From Chiloscyllium plagiosum (Eukaryota), in assembly GCF_004010195.1 (NCBI RefSeq), contig NC_057718.1, positions 17,738,028 through 17,802,027 of the forward strand: DNA of 64,000 nucleotides, written 5' to 3'. The number at the start of each line of letters is the position of its first letter. Positions within the stretch are counted from its first letter, which is position 1. A program made the position numbers and the translations under genes. The notes under the pieces are model-generated. The model worked only from the letters and a program-made list of their open reading frames with translations, was not told the DNA's origin and ran no database searches. Shown here piece by piece: positions 23,534 to 37,659 of this stretch.

Positions 23534-24004
23534 TATTCTGCTCTGGCCTGGGAGTGATTTATATTAAACTGGATGACATTAGAGTTCCCTTCTGTAACAT
23601 ATACTAGTGTCTCAGTGAAGTAATTGGCCCTGATATGTACAGTACTTTTCTTCAGTCAGAGCTCCTTACACTGATTGACAGGAATACATTTATCATGGGG
23701 TGAATGTTGCAATATTCTTTGTTGGTTGCTATGGTTAGCCTGTTCCACTGTAGAGCCTATCAGATCATTTATTCCCTTGATAGATGACAGCAACTCCACA
23801 TAACGGTTATTGACCATCGTTTCAAACTGTTTGGCTTTAGTATCCAAACGTAGGTATCAAATTCAACCTGATGATCTTGTTATCTGTGTACTGGTCACAC
23901 CTTCAGTCTACTGATTAACTTTACCTCCATATCCAACATCACCCACTGCTTATCCACCATCTCCCCCACATCCAACCAGCAGATTTCCCACTTTCCTTGG
24001 CACA

Positions 24005-24675
24005 AAAGTGGCAAGAAAAGGAGAATCCAACCATTTGCCCTTGACATTCAATAGCGTCACCATCACTGAACTCCACAGTATCAACAGGCTAGGAATCCTG
24101 CAGCGGGTGACTCTCCAAAGTCTCTCCATTATCTACAAGGTACAGTTCAGGAGTGTGACGGAAAATGCCCCCTCTAGCCTGGACGAATACCACTCCAACA
24201 ACACTCAAAAAGCCTGACACCCTCCACGACAAACCAATCCCTTAACTGGCACCACATCAACAAATATTCACTCCCTCGACCACTGATGCTCAATAGCAGC
24301 CACACGTACCATCTACAAAATACAATGCAGACATTTACCAAGGCTCTTAGATAGCACCTTCCAAACCAATGGCCACTCCTACATCGAAGGACAAGGACAG
24401 CAGATACCTGTGAACACCACCACCTGCACGACCTCTCCAAGACACTCAGCATCCAGATTTGGAAATATATCACCATTCCTGTCACTGGTTACAAATCCTG
24501 GAATTCCCTCCCTAACATCCTGGAATTCCCTTCCTCACATCCTGGATGTACTTGCAGCACATGGACTGCAGTGGTTCAAGACAGCAGCTCACCATTACCA
24601 TCTCAAGGGCAAGCAGGGATGGGTAATAAACGCTGGCCAAGCAGCCACTGCCACATGTTACGAATCAATAAAAAG
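24005..24675 (+). mobile_element. CR1-like LINE (second family) 3' fragment
   Basis: Aligns by eye with 18.2-19.45 kb (CCCTTGACATTCAA, CAGCTCACCA.TACCA, TAAACGCTGGCC tail). Confidence 0.8.
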
Positions 24676-24946
24676 AATTTGCTTAGTCATGGAGGCCCTG
24701 ACCCCAGTTCTCTGTGTAATAGATAATCAATGGGTAATTAGGCCATGAGCAGATGTGCTGGATCAGGCTTGTCAGAATTTCCCTTCCATCTATGTGAAGA
24801 TGTACCTTGTGCCTAGGCAACCCAAAGTAGGCCATTCAGCCCATCAAATCTGCTCTGCCATGCAATGAAATCACAGTTGATTTGACAATCCTCACTTCCA
24901 CTTTTCTGCCTTTTCTCTACAACCCTTGATTAACTTACTGATTAGT

Positions 24947-25265
24947 GGGCGGCATGGTGGCACAGTGGTTAGCACTGCTGCCTCACAGCGCCACAGACCC
25001 GGGTTTAACTCCCCCCTCAGGCGACTGACTGTGTGGAGTTTGCACAATATCCCTATGTCTGTGTGGGTTTCCTCCGGGTGCTCCAGTTTCCTCCCACAGT
25101 CCAAAAATGTGCAGGTCAGGTGAATTGGCCATGCTAAATTGCCCGTAGTGTTAGGTGCAGGGGTAAATGTAGGGGAATGGGTCTGGGTGGGTTGCGCTTC
25201 GGCGGGTCGGTGTGGACTTGTTGGGCCGAAGGGCCTGTTTCCACACTGTAAGTAATCTAATCTAA
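24947..25265 (+). mobile_element. HE1-type V-SINE, full length, inserted in a minus-strand CR1 tail (about 24827-25297)
   Basis: Complete head, V-domain and TCTAA tail; the CR1 tail resumes on the far side (TTACTGATTA|AAAATCTGTCTAT). Confidence 0.92.
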
Positions 25266-26194
25266 AAATCTGTCTATTCCAGCTTGAATGTACTCATTTA
25301 ATTAGTTAATTAAGATTGAGAACCCCATTCTTAAGAAACCTAAGAGCTGGAGTATTACAGCTCCTCTTCTGTACAGTAAGACCTCACTTATATAAAAATG
25401 ATGCACATGTGGAAAATAAATAATGAAGTAGATGAAACTAATCCCACACCAGGCCACAAGTTACTTTAGGAGCAATGCCTAATGGGAAGTGTAATGTAAG
25501 AGCAGTTCACTAAACCAGCTAAATGGTCAGGTCGAGATAAAATCTAATTGGTGACTAGTTTTTCAAATCCTCGATGTCTGAGGAGATGAGGCTCATGCTC
25601 AGCTGAATGATCACAGTATCAGTTTATTTGGATCGCAGATGTTTCTGTGTGCTGCTCTTACAGAATAAACCTCTTGGCAGGCGTACAACAAACAGGTCAA
25701 ATGTCTACAAAGTCTTTTCATGTACTCTCTGCACTAGGCAGTGAGTCATACCCAAACTGAGGTCATGGTCCATGCAATAATGCAATGTCAGGCTGCTTCC
25801 ATATTACTGCCCTCAGATCAATGCAATGTACAGAAGTTTGAAATTTCCCACCTGAAGGGTTATTTGAAAGTTGAACATGTGACATGTGACCCAGAGATAT
25901 TGGCGCACCTTGGTGTTTCCTACCCGTTCCTCAGGTAACTAGAACCGGTGTCATGATGCTCATTCAAATGGTATTTTTAAAAATGGTGCCAGATAGTTCT
26001 TCCTCAATAATGAAAAATTTCACTGGGATTCTGTAACCTCATCATGGTCTATGTGATATAAATTCATTTTCTTTTATATACAAAGTCCACCCAGCTGAAC
26101 ATGTTAAACAACGTCAGATATCTTTAGGCAGTGAAACAACTAATTGTTTCTCTCTGCAATGGTCCAACCAATAATACAATTGTTGGAACAAAGA

Positions 26195-28045
26195 ATTGGC
26201 AGAGGAGTGGAATAAATACTTTGCATCGGCATTCATGGTAGAGGAGACTTCTATAGCGTTCTAAAATTACTAAATATTTAAGTCACCAAAAGGGGAGAGG
26301 AATCAAATGCAATAACCATCACTAGAGAAAATGTACTCGAGAAACTCATGAGACTAAAGGTTGGCAAATCTCCTTAATTGTTGGGTTGCAGCCTAGGATA
26401 TTAAAGTAAGTGGCTACCAAAATAGTGGATGCATTGGTAGTAATCTTCCAAGAATCCCTAGATTCTGGAAAAGTCCCAGAAGATTAGAAAATTATCAACA
26501 TAACATCCTTATTCAAGAGGGAGGGAAGGGGACAAAGGGAAAAAAAGTTAGCTGTGGGCCGGTTAGTTTAACATCTATTATTAGGAAAATGTTAAAGAGT
26601 CATAGAGCTGTACAGCATGGAAACATATCCTTGAGTCCAACTTGTCCACGCTGACCAGATATTCTAACTTAAGCTAGTCTCATTTGCCAGTATTTGGCCC
26701 ATGTTCCTCTAAACCCTTTCTATTCATGTACCCATCCAGATGCCTTTTAAATATTGTAAAGTCAATTATATGTCTAAATGCATAATATGATCAAGCAAAG
26801 TCAGCATGACTTCATGAAGGACAAATCATGTCTGACAAATTTATTCCTTGAGGGGGAGAATAAACAAGATAGATAAAGGGGAACTGGTAGATACAATATA
26901 TTGTGAATTCCAAAAAGGCATTTGATTAAGTACCACACTTCTAGCTACTTAATACGATAAAAGCCCATGGTGTTGGAGGTAGTACTGTATATTAGAATGG
27001 ATAGAGGTTTGGCTAATAGAAAACAGGCAGTTGGGATAAGGGGGGCATTTTCAGGCTAGCAACCAGTAACCAGTGGAGTGCCACACGGCCATTATTATTC
27101 ACAATATATATTAATGACTTGGATGCAGTAAGTGAATGGACTTATAGCCAAATTTGCAGATGATACAAAGTAAGTGTTAAGGCAAATGGTGAGACTGACA
27201 AAGAATTTGCAAAGGGATATTAATAGGTTAAATAAGTAGGCAAGAACTTTGCAGTTAGATATATTGTATAAAAATGTGAGGTCCTGCACTTTGGCAGGAA
27301 GAATGGTGGCGATGAATATTATTTAAATAGCAAGAGAGCCTGCAAAAAGCTATAGCACAGAGGAACTTGGATGTCTTTGTGCAGGAATCATAAAAAAAGC
27401 AGCATACAAATTCTGCAGTTAATACAGAAGGCAAATGAAAAGTCAGCCTTTATTTTAAAGGGAATGAAGTTCAAAAGTAGGGAAATCTTACTAAAACCAT
27501 ACAGGATACTAGTCAGACTACATCTACAATACTATCGTCCCCTTGCCAAGGGAAAGATAAACTGGCATTGGAGGCAGTCCAGAGAAGATTCACTAGGTTG
27601 ATTACCAGGTATGGAGAGATTGTCTTATGAGAGGTAAGTTTGGTCTGTACTAATTGCAGTTTAGGATAAGAGACTCTATTGAAACAGGAGGCTTCAGGGA
27701 CTTGGCAGGATCGATGCAGAGAGGTTTTTTTCCCTTTGTGGTAGAGGCTAGATCTAGAGGACATAAGCTCAGAATAAGGGATCACACATTAAAGACGCAA
27801 ATGGATGGAAATTTCTCTTTCAGGGATAGTGGATCTGTTAAATTCTTCACTGCGGAGGGATGTGGAAGTTGGGCTGTTAATTATATTCAAGGCTGAGACA
27901 GACAGACTTTTTAATCATGAAGGGAAATAAGTGTTATGGGGAAAAGGCAGGAAAGTGGAGTTCAGAATTATCAGATCGGTCATGACCCCTTGAATGGCAG
28001 AGCAGACTCAATGGGCCAAATGGCCTTACTCTGCTTCTGCTTCTT
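26195..28045 (+). mobile_element. Degraded CR1 LINE ORF2 plus 3' UTR, with a nested minus-strand CR1 tail (about 26597-26758)
   Basis: ATTAATGACTTGGAT (INDLD) and AAATTTGCAGATGATACAAAG (KFADDTK); multiple stops and frameshifts. Confidence 0.88.
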
Positions 28046-28825
28046 ACAGTCAAAGATTTGCATGAAGACACTGCAGATTGAGAAGCTTTCTCCCATACAG
28101 CATGCTGGTTCTGTAGGGTCTCCCTGGTACTGTGACCTCTATGGTACTTCTCCCACACACTAGGCCAGGTTAAGTCTTGCTTAAATCATGCTATACATGG
28201 AGGGCTCTGTGCACTGGGTTTTCTGCCAGGCTGACTGTGCCTAGGGATCATACTCACTCTGGAAACAGCAAGGCAGCACAATCTAATTTTACAGAAGTTT
28301 CACTTCTGACTTCCTCAAATTTCAACACCGACCCAATTATTGGGTTTTATTTGCGACAAAACAGGATACTGACAGAGGAGAAAGACAGCAAACCGAATAC
28401 TGTGCACCTGCTGCTGCCCACTTCAGGCATTATGCAAAGACCAGCGGTCTCAGACTGCATCAACAAGAGTTTAGTCTGACGTTTTGGTCCTGGGAAGAGT
28501 GTGTGAAGGCTCAAGCTAAAGGAACAAGACATAGACACAGCCAGCTGGGCATTCCAAAGCCACTTCGAAGGCGTATATCCCTTCATGCTTTCACAACTTC
28601 TTTTGCTCCATTAGAAATAGATACCAACAAATGATCTTCATGTGCTAAGAATACAGGGATGGTTTAAGGACTCTTGTGTCATCATGGTAATGTCCTTATC
28701 TCTGAGCCAAAAGACCAGTGTTCAAATCCCATCTGCTACAGATCTGTAATACATCTCTGAACAGGTTGATTAGAAAATATTTGCATTGATGCTTTCCATC
28801 AATGCAGATGCTGCATTGAGGCTGA

Positions 28826-29058
28826 GTGGAGTTTGCACATTCTCTCCGTGTCTGCGTGGGTTTCCTCCGGGTGCTCCGGTTTCCTCCTACAGTCCAAAGA
28901 TGTGCAGGTCAGGTGAATTGGCCATGCTGAACTGCCCCATAGTGATAAGTGCATTAGTAGGGAGTAGGGGAATGGGTCTGGGTGGGTTACTCTTCAGAGG
29001 GTTGGTGTGGACTTGTTGGGCTGAAGGGCCTGTTTCCGCACTGTAGGGAATCTAATCT
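28826..29058 (+). mobile_element. HE1-type V-SINE, 5'-truncated
   Basis: V-domain and AATCTAATCTAA tail. Confidence 0.9.
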
Positions 29059-30829
29059 AAAATACAGATGATGGCTAAACTGGATTGTAAAATACTACAT
29101 AAATTGATTGGGCAGAATGGCCCATTTCCTATGCTATAGATTCCAAGCCATTCAATCTAGCTGTTCAGGAATGAGGCTGTTAGCATCAAAACAATGGCAA
29201 GGTGGAAGTCTTGTAAAAACATTGAAAGAACTGCAAAACAATAGTGAAGTTAGAAAAATAGATGGAAGTGGAATAGTTAGCCCTGTGCCATACCTACTTT
29301 ATTACACAACGAGTTGTTTTTGTGAAAATACATTTGAAATATAGCTCTCCTTCAAAACAGCTCATATTAATAGATAAAGCACCAACATTTAGTATGAAAC
29401 CAAAAATTCCAGTCTGAGAATGCACACAGTTTTCAAGCGTTACCATGGAAAGGTAAATGCGACCTGTAGCACTTTTTCTTCACAGTCAACTCCCAATTAA
29501 AAAAAAGTCAGTGAAAAATAATTTGGATTGACTGCAGTTCCTATTCTTCAACATAAGGAAGAAACTAATTAATGTTTACATTGAAGTTCGAGCATGTCAA
29601 AGCAAGTGAGGTGTTTTCATGCCCTGTAAAATAAAGAGTGGCAGGTTTATGGCTGTTGGGTGAGTTCTGTGGAAAGCTATCTACATACCCAGAGATCTGC
29701 CAACTACCAGTTGATGCCTAGCAACAGCTGAGACTGGTGCAATGTTAGGAGGGCGTCATCTTTTAGAGCGACATACCAAGAGCAGGCTGTGTAAACAACA
29801 ACAGTGTAGCTTGGAATAAGTGTTTGACCTGCATTCACATTCATACCAAATATCACAACAACTTGTGGCTCCTGCAGCTATTATTAAAGCATTCCCCGTC
29901 TAGCCACACTACGACTTTATGTCAAGTATTTAGTGAATTTTAATGGAGACTGCTTTTGCATAAAACAGCTAAAATTCAATTTGATTCTTTAATTAATTTT
30001 TCACAGACTCTAGTTCCCAATTGAGCAGGATAAATAAATAATTGTTATTGGTCATTTAGTGCCTGATAGATACTACTGCTCATGTTGCTTTGGCTGCTAG
30101 ATGCTGAGGAATCAGGTTGTTAGCTGTTCTGTCATGGCTACTATCAATTTTGCATCTGAGCCTGAAGTGTATGGGCTGTTGCTGCAGTCCGAGACTAGAG
30201 CTGCCAATGCGGTCTGAGCAAGCAGAGTAGCAATTCTTAGTTGAGGTGTGACTGTATTACCAGCTCGCCACTGTTTCATGATTCAGGTGTATGTGAAGAG
30301 ATCCTAGGCATATTTCCAGTGTCTGGATCAAGGTTGCCTTCAATCAACAGCACCCACAACCAGAATAACAGAAAACTTGTTGTATTGCTGTTTGCGGGTT
30401 TTGACTTGGTATAATTAAGTCAATGTGCACCAGAACCAAAGTGTTGAATATGAAGTGCTGTGAGATGCATCTTCATGCCTTTTGGACATTGCTGGAAAGA
30501 TGGGCTGGAACCTTATCCCGTTCCTCACCCATCCTGTGGTGAGTTTGGTGATGGAGGCATTTAATCAAGCAGGAGGATGGCATCACCCTCTTGAGGCCAA
30601 TTAATGATGTGCAATAAATGTTGCCCTTGGAACACCCAGATCCTATACATAGATATATGCATGTAGTTGCAAAATGGCTAAGTCCCATGAACTAATAACT
30701 AATCAAAAGGAATAGCTCAAAGTCTAGAGAAGGATTATTTGGGGTAGATGATTCAGTGGCATATTAATGCAATAAAATGTTCAACTTAGTCCACTGCAAA
30801 TAAATGTAGCAGTATACTAACATCCGAAC

Positions 30830-31535
30830 CTGAAAAATGGCAAATAACATTCATATCATATTAAGTGCCGGTCAATGACCATCTCCAACAAGAGAGAAGC
30901 TAATTGTTTCCCACTAACATTCAATCGGACTATCATTGCTGAGTCTCCCCACGGTCAACATCCTGGGGTTTACTATTGACCAGAAAGTGAACTTGCTTAT
31001 CATACAGTAACTCAGGCTACAAGCATGGGTCAGAGTCTGGGAATTCTGTGGACTGCAACTCACATCCTGAGTCAACTCCAAGGCTCAAGACAGTAGTCAG
31101 ATAAATGATTTTTCCTACTTGTAGGAAAAAGTAGGAAAGTAGGAAAAAGCAGCCCCTTGAATGACACCTTATTCAAAACCTTTTGCATTCATTTCATCCT
31201 CCACCAGTGCACAGTGGCAGTGGTTTGCTCCATTTCCAAGATGCTCATCGATAGCCTTTACCAAACCATGGCCTTTACCAACGAGAAGGGTAGCAGATTC
31301 ATGTAATCACCATCACCTGCAAGGTCCTCTCCAAGCCCCACAACATCCTGACTTGGAAATATATCGCCGCTCCTTCAGTGTTGCTGGTACAAACTCCTAA
31401 CAGCGCAGTGGGTATTGCCACACCAGAAGAACTACATCAGGTGAAGAAGGAAGTTCATGATCACATTCTTGTCACATTATTGCCATTTTGGGCAATAAAC
31501 GCTGGTGAGGCCCATACCCCATGAACAAGCAAAAC
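30830..31535 (+). mobile_element. CR1-like LINE (second family), degraded 3' fragment
   Basis: AATGACCATCTCCAACAAGAGAG, ATTGACCAGAAAGTGAACT and ACTTGGAAATATATC are shared with the 18.1 kb copy. Confidence 0.75.
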
Positions 31536-31605
31536 TTATTCCTACAGCTGCAAGGTGCATAGTTGTAGGATTCAAGGAAACTGGAGCTCTTGTCACACAT
31601 GCATA

Positions 31606-31645
31606 TGTGTGTGTGTGTGTGTGTGTGTGCGCGTGTGTGTTTGTG
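31606..31645. repeat. (TG)n microsatellite
   Basis: Visible TG run. Confidence 0.95.
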
Positions 31646-32573
31646 TCAGTGTGAGAAATGGCAGAAAATGTGGATTTGTTCTTGTCCACAGCTAAGGTGC
31701 AGGCATTGTCACTTCAGACTGTGTGAATGTCCTATAGCCCAAAGAATCAGGTGATTAGATGCAACAGGGTGGGATGAGCATAATTTGCTAAAATGGAAGG
31801 GGCAGGCAACTCATTTCAAATACTTGGTCAATAAACAGAACATGGCAGGGTTCAGAATTTCAAAGCTTCAGGCCTCGGCAGTTGAAGACATGGGAGCCAG
31901 CGATAAAATCAAGGGTGCACAGAAGATCAAAATGGAGCATTGCAGGGTGAGATGGAGAAAACTACAGAAATAGGTAACACTCTGAAGACAAACCTTAGGA
32001 TAGTCTCTCTCTCTCTCTTTCTGCCAGGACCTGGGACAGCTGAGCTAAACTGTCCCTCTCTCAAAGAGCAAGTGTCTCCATTTCATGCAGCATCTTCTTA
32101 TGATGGCACAGTTAAATTAGGATTCAGCACTGGGCAGGGCACTGGTATCAAACCAATGTCTCATTACCCAATGGTACAAAGACAAATGCCAGCAGTTCAT
32201 TGGTAGTCATCACAGAATGCTGAGCCTTGCTGGTAGAAATAAAATTTCAACACAATAAATATCCTCAGCCTGTTACTGACGCTGAGCAGCACAATATGGC
32301 AATCGACAGCCTCAGCTGCCTGCTCAGTGAACACTGACGATTATCATTACCCCAGGCCACTATGGAACAACGCTTAATTCTCTTATTGAAGTGTGATTCA
32401 ATAAGAAGCAGATTACAACACAACAAAACCGGTGATTAGAAATATAATAGCAGGAAAGAGCATTGCAGGATTAAATGAAACCCAAAAGCGCATACAATAC
32501 CTAAAAAACAAAACAGCACATGGGAGAAAAGGCAACTGACCATACAGGAAACGGGGAAGAAACAATGTAGGCG

Positions 32574-32666
32574 CACACACACACACAGACACACACACAG
32601 ACACAAAAACAAACAGACACACACACACACGCAGACACACACAAACACACACACAGACACACACAC
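32574..32666. repeat. Imperfect (CA)n microsatellite
   Basis: Visible CA/CAGA run. Confidence 0.95.
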
Positions 32667-33934
32667 TTGTCATCACTTATGCTGCATTAAAACTATTGTC
32701 ACTGGCTAGTATTTGTCCCTCAGCCAGAATCAGGTTGTGGAATCTCACTGTTCAGTTTTGTGTCCACATTTTCTACATTACAACAGTGCCTTCAAAAAAT
32801 ACTTTAATGGGTGTGAAGATTGTGGAACTCATTCCCACACAAGCAATAGTTGAAGTGAATGGGCTGGATGGTTTTAGTCTTTACTTAAAGCTGCATGATG
32901 GGACTGTCAACAGAGATCTATCAATTTAGGATGTGAAGAAGGGCAGTGCAGTCAATGGGGATGCATGATACTGAGAATGTGATGCAGAAACAGTACTCCC
33001 CAGTTTGTAGGAGTCACCTTCCTCCCACCCACACCCTGAACACCCCCACCCCACCAAACAAGCTACAGCTGAGGAACAAATCTAGCATTCTGTGCATTTT
33101 CATTGTCCAATCACACAGAACCAGTGCTGAGGCCTGCAATACAGGTCAACTAGAAGTGCCCTCAGAAATGACTGATGTTAACTGGTGTCTGGCAACAACT
33201 ACAGACACCTCCTTGTGGACTTTGCCTGCCCTGGATTGTAATTAGATTTTAAGAAGTCTAAGCATGCTTCGATAAGCAGATGTCAGATGGTGTAAGTTTT
33301 ACTCAGTATGGTCTGAAAAAAATAAATCAACCATTCCATCTTGGAAGATGTTCAGAGCAAGAGGAGCCACAGGTTTTCAAGGATGCAAGGCTCTTTAGGC
33401 CTGCTGTTAATTTTTACCTCAGTTGATGTAGGGTACCTCACGTGGACAATGATAGTTTCAAAATCACCTTTTCCAATCAAGAAGGCAAGCCACGATAGTC
33501 CCTTACTGCTTTTGTGGTTAGTGTGGGACAGAGGCTAGGGAGGGGGTGCTGGGTTAAATGGGGGTGCGGTGCAATGGCCTGAGTGGGTGCTGGACAAACT
33601 GGACCTAACAGCAATGCTTGACCAGTCCAATTCTGGACGGGCAATGTGTGACAAGCCATACTTGCAAATCATCATGTTGAGAGAATTTCTGAGCTGTACA
33701 ACATAGGCACAGACCATTCAGCCCAATGAGACTGTGGCAATGCTTACATTCCACAAGAGCCACCTCCCACTTTTCTTTATCTACTCCATTGATGCATCTA
33801 CTCACTCTAAGCAAAGAATTTTGTCCTAAATGTCTTACTGGAATTTTTTTTTCATCATCTCGCATTTATGGCCTACAATTTAAGACTCTCACAAAAGTGG
33901 AAACATCTTGTGCTGCAATGTTGGTGGGGGAGTT

Positions 33935-34315
33935 GGTGCCATGGGAATGTCATTGACGAGTAATCCAGAGGCCTACACTCAAGTCTGGGCAACGTCCATT
34001 CACACCCTAGCAGGGCAACTGATTGAACTGAGTTCAATAAATAATATCTGGAATATAAAACATGTCTCAGCAATGCTGATCACAACACTATCATTAATTA
34101 TTGTAAAAACTCATCTGGTGCATCAATGGTCCTTCAGTGAAGCAAATCTGCTGTTGTTACCTGGTCTGGCCTACATGTGACTCTCGACCCACAGTGGTGA
34201 GGTTGATTTTTAACGTCCCTCTGAAATGGCTGAGCGAGCCGCTCAGCTCAATAGCAAATAGCCAAAGGCATCAAGTGCTTGCCTTGCCAGTGACGCTCAC
34301 CCATGAAAAAATATA
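33935..34315 (+). mobile_element. tRNA-derived SINE (same family as 60630-60970), degenerate
   Basis: AGTAATCCAGAG, CATCTGGT..A.CAATGGTCCTTCAG and TTACCTGGTCTGGCCTACATGTGACTC. Confidence 0.7.
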
Positions 34316-36363
34316 AAACAAGAACTCCTCACCCATTGGTGATGGTGTGCAAGTGTGACAGGAGAGGGGAGGGTCAGCACACTGGCCTTGCATGAAAAGC
34401 TGCTTGTGAAGTCACGCCCACACTAGATACCATACAGGCTTTCTCATGTCTAGAGCTGACCAGAGCTCCCCAGGACAGAGGCTGGGTGTGACTGCACCTA
34501 CTCCATCTGGTTGAACCTAACATGGCTGTCCGCCAAGGGAGTGCTTCAGGCTGCACTGGACTGTCAGTTCTGGAAAATCTCAGTATTTATGCAGGAAGAA
34601 TCAGAGCTGGTAGGCTGTTCTTTCATACTCCTGTGCTAGTGGGCTTGAAGATGAGGAGTTTGTAAATTCCAGTGGACGGCCTAACTGGCACCTACCCACC
34701 ATTAGGAAAAAATGAACAGGCCTGGCTAGCACTGTCAGCGTAAGCCGTATCAGATGGGAGGTAGATGGGGGAATTCAGCTGTCAATACATAAAGGGCAAA
34801 AAGCAGCTCAATCCTAACAGCTTCCCAACAAAGATCACAGAATAGAGACATGTGAGATAGGCCAAGGCACACACTTTGTATCAATGGTACATTGTGCCTG
34901 CCCTGGTTCCATTTCCTAGCGCCAATCTCCCACTTCCCCCCATATCCCTGCACAGCATCTCTATTCAAATAATCATGCAAAGCCCTCTTCAAGCTAAGAC
35001 TTTTTGGTTTGTGGTTTGAAGTGGCAAAAAAAAAGGAGGAAAAGAGTTTTGCTGCACCCACTGACTGGCAATGATTCAGGTTAACCAGCAGAGGCTCTGC
35101 TCCTGCTTACACCAAGGACCAGAGACCCTACAACAGAGTAGAAATCAAAAGGGAAGGTTAACATAAATAAGTAAATCAATGACGTTTTTGCTTGGGTGTC
35201 TTGCCTTATTCTTCATTCCAACTCAGTCAAAGCATCGGAGATTACAACTTAATGAGAAACAGTTTCCCTCCCTCCTTCGTTTTCCCATAGGGTGGGGATT
35301 GGGTGATGCAATTCCCAGGAGAAAATTGCTTTCTTAAAATAATATGGGCCCAAAGCACTGAAGACATGCTGTCTGGGCATTACAACCCAAATCATTTCTG
35401 ACTGAACAGGGAGTGCAATCAAAAGAAATTCTTTCGCACAACAACATTAGCCCCAATGACATCCCCATGTGCTTCATCATATCTTTAATACAGCTTTGCA
35501 TGCTTTTACGAAGTGAAAAATGCTTTTGAAATATTTTTTTTTTCAGATGAAGACAAGCATCATTTCTAGGCACTAAGTAGCTAAATTGCTTTCAGATACA
35601 TGGGAAAGGAAATAGAGTACAATGCAAGGGACACAATTCAAAGCAAATATTATAAACAAGAGACATGAACACAATATAAAATAACAAGACCAATTTAAGA
35701 AATACGCAACACAGCTCAAAAGAAAGAACAACAAGTCACAGAATACAACCCAAAGCAAATATCACAACATAAGGATGGAGAACACGAGAAAGAAACAGCA
35801 GAATCCGAAAGATACAAAACACAACACAAAAACTACATGCTAAGGGACAGAACACAACCAATGAAAACAGTACTATCAGAAACATGAAAATCGGAACCTA
35901 ATTATGATGTAAAATATATATTACATCATATATATGAGGCTTTTTTTACTCATTCATGGGATGAGGACAGCACTGGCTCGGCCAGCATTTATTGCCCATC
36001 TCTAATTGCCCAGAGGGCTATTAAGAGTCAACAACATTGCTATGGGTTTGAGGTCTGTAGTTCAGACCAGGGACAGATGGTAGGTTTCCTTACAGGGAAA
36101 TATAGGGAATAGAAAGGGCACAAAGGACTTTACATATAGTCCCTGATCAACCTGTTCAGAAATGTTTTCGCACAGCTCTGGAGAAGGTGGGATTTGAACC
36201 CAGGCCTCCATGTCCAGAAGCGCAGATGCTACCATTGCACCATAACACACAAAAAATGTCTATGTATATATACACAGCCAATCACACAGGATCAGAAACT
36301 CCCTACCATGGAACTGAACCTTGTCTTTAGTATCCCTGATAGTTCTAGTGGTTGCTATTAATT

Positions 36364-36683
36364 GGGGGCAGCACAGAGGCTCAGTGGTTAGCACTGCTGC
36401 CTCAGAGCACCAGGGACCCAGGTTCGATTCCAGCCTTGGGCGACTGTGTGGAATTTGCACATTCTCCCCGTGTCTGTGTGGGTTTCCTCTGGGTGCTCCG
36501 GTTTCCTCCCAGAAACCAAAGATATGCAATTCAGGTGAGTTGGCCATGCTAAATTGCGCAGTGTTAGGTTCATTAGTCAGGGGTAAATGTAGGGAATGGG
36601 TCTGGGTGAGTTACTCTTCGGAGGGTCAGTGTGGACTTGTTGGGCCGAAGGTCTGTTGCCATACTCTAGGGAATCTAATCTAA
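36364..36683 (+). mobile_element. HE1-type V-SINE, full length
   Basis: Head GGCTCAGTGGTTAGCACTGCTGCC..GGTTCGATTCC, V-domain and AATCTAATCTAA tail. Confidence 0.9.
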
Positions 36684-37659
36684 TTGATTGAGAACAGATT
36701 TTTATTATACAAACAGGGAGAACCACAGATACTGGGTAAGGAATTAGAGAGGTGAGACTGAGGATGTCCATAAACTCTCTTGACAAAACAAAAGTTATGA
36801 CTGCTTGATTTCAATCTCACCAATTGGTTTGGAATCTATTAATAGCACACAAAGTGAAGAGGATACAAAACATCAACGTGGGAAAGATATCATTACCAGA
36901 GCAGGGAGAACACAGACAGAAAGAAAGAAAAAAATTGGAGGATTACTGAGTAAAGGCAGTTTGCGGTACTAGGTGAATCGTTTCTAAGGAGAAGCGAGAC
37001 CAACACAGTAGGCTGAATGGCCTCCTTCTGTGCTGTTATTGTTCTATAATCCTGTGATAGAGTAACAGTGGAATAGTGCACAGTAACACAGTGGGAAGTA
37101 CACATTAATAGTGAGAAAGATAGGAGTAACACAGTGGGAAGGACCATTAAACACTGGGCAAAGTCCTAACTGGAAAATTACACAGTCAAGCCAAAATGTC
37201 TCTGTGCTTCAGTGAGGAGATGGTGATTTTATCACAAAGCCACAACATGCTCCACAACTTGAACACAACATAAGAGAGAGACTCCACAGGACACATTACA
37301 CTCAGACTGCCCAGTATTATACAACAAGCAGGAGGTTACTGCTAATATTGTCATCCTGGCATATCAAATAAATCAGGAACAGTGTATTCTTTTCCATGCT
37401 TTGGCACAGATGCACTCAGCACGTCTTCACACATTAACCGCAACGATTACCTACATGACTGCCACGTGTTTTTCTCTATCTCAACAAGGGCAACTCAAAT
37501 CACTTCCTGTTCACACTATTAAATAAACTAAACACATTGTACAAAGCATAAACCAAAATACAACTGATTTTGTTTGCAATCTTCCTAACTCTGACTTTCT
37601 TCCTTCAGCCCATTGGTCCAGAAGTCAGTGACTTACATTTAGCTTAGTGGTTTATTAAG

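Noticed and set aside
25738..25934. Open 197-nt segment between an AG and GTAACT
   Set aside because: The peptide is not recognisable, the donor is only moderate, and such segments are expected by chance in 64 kb.
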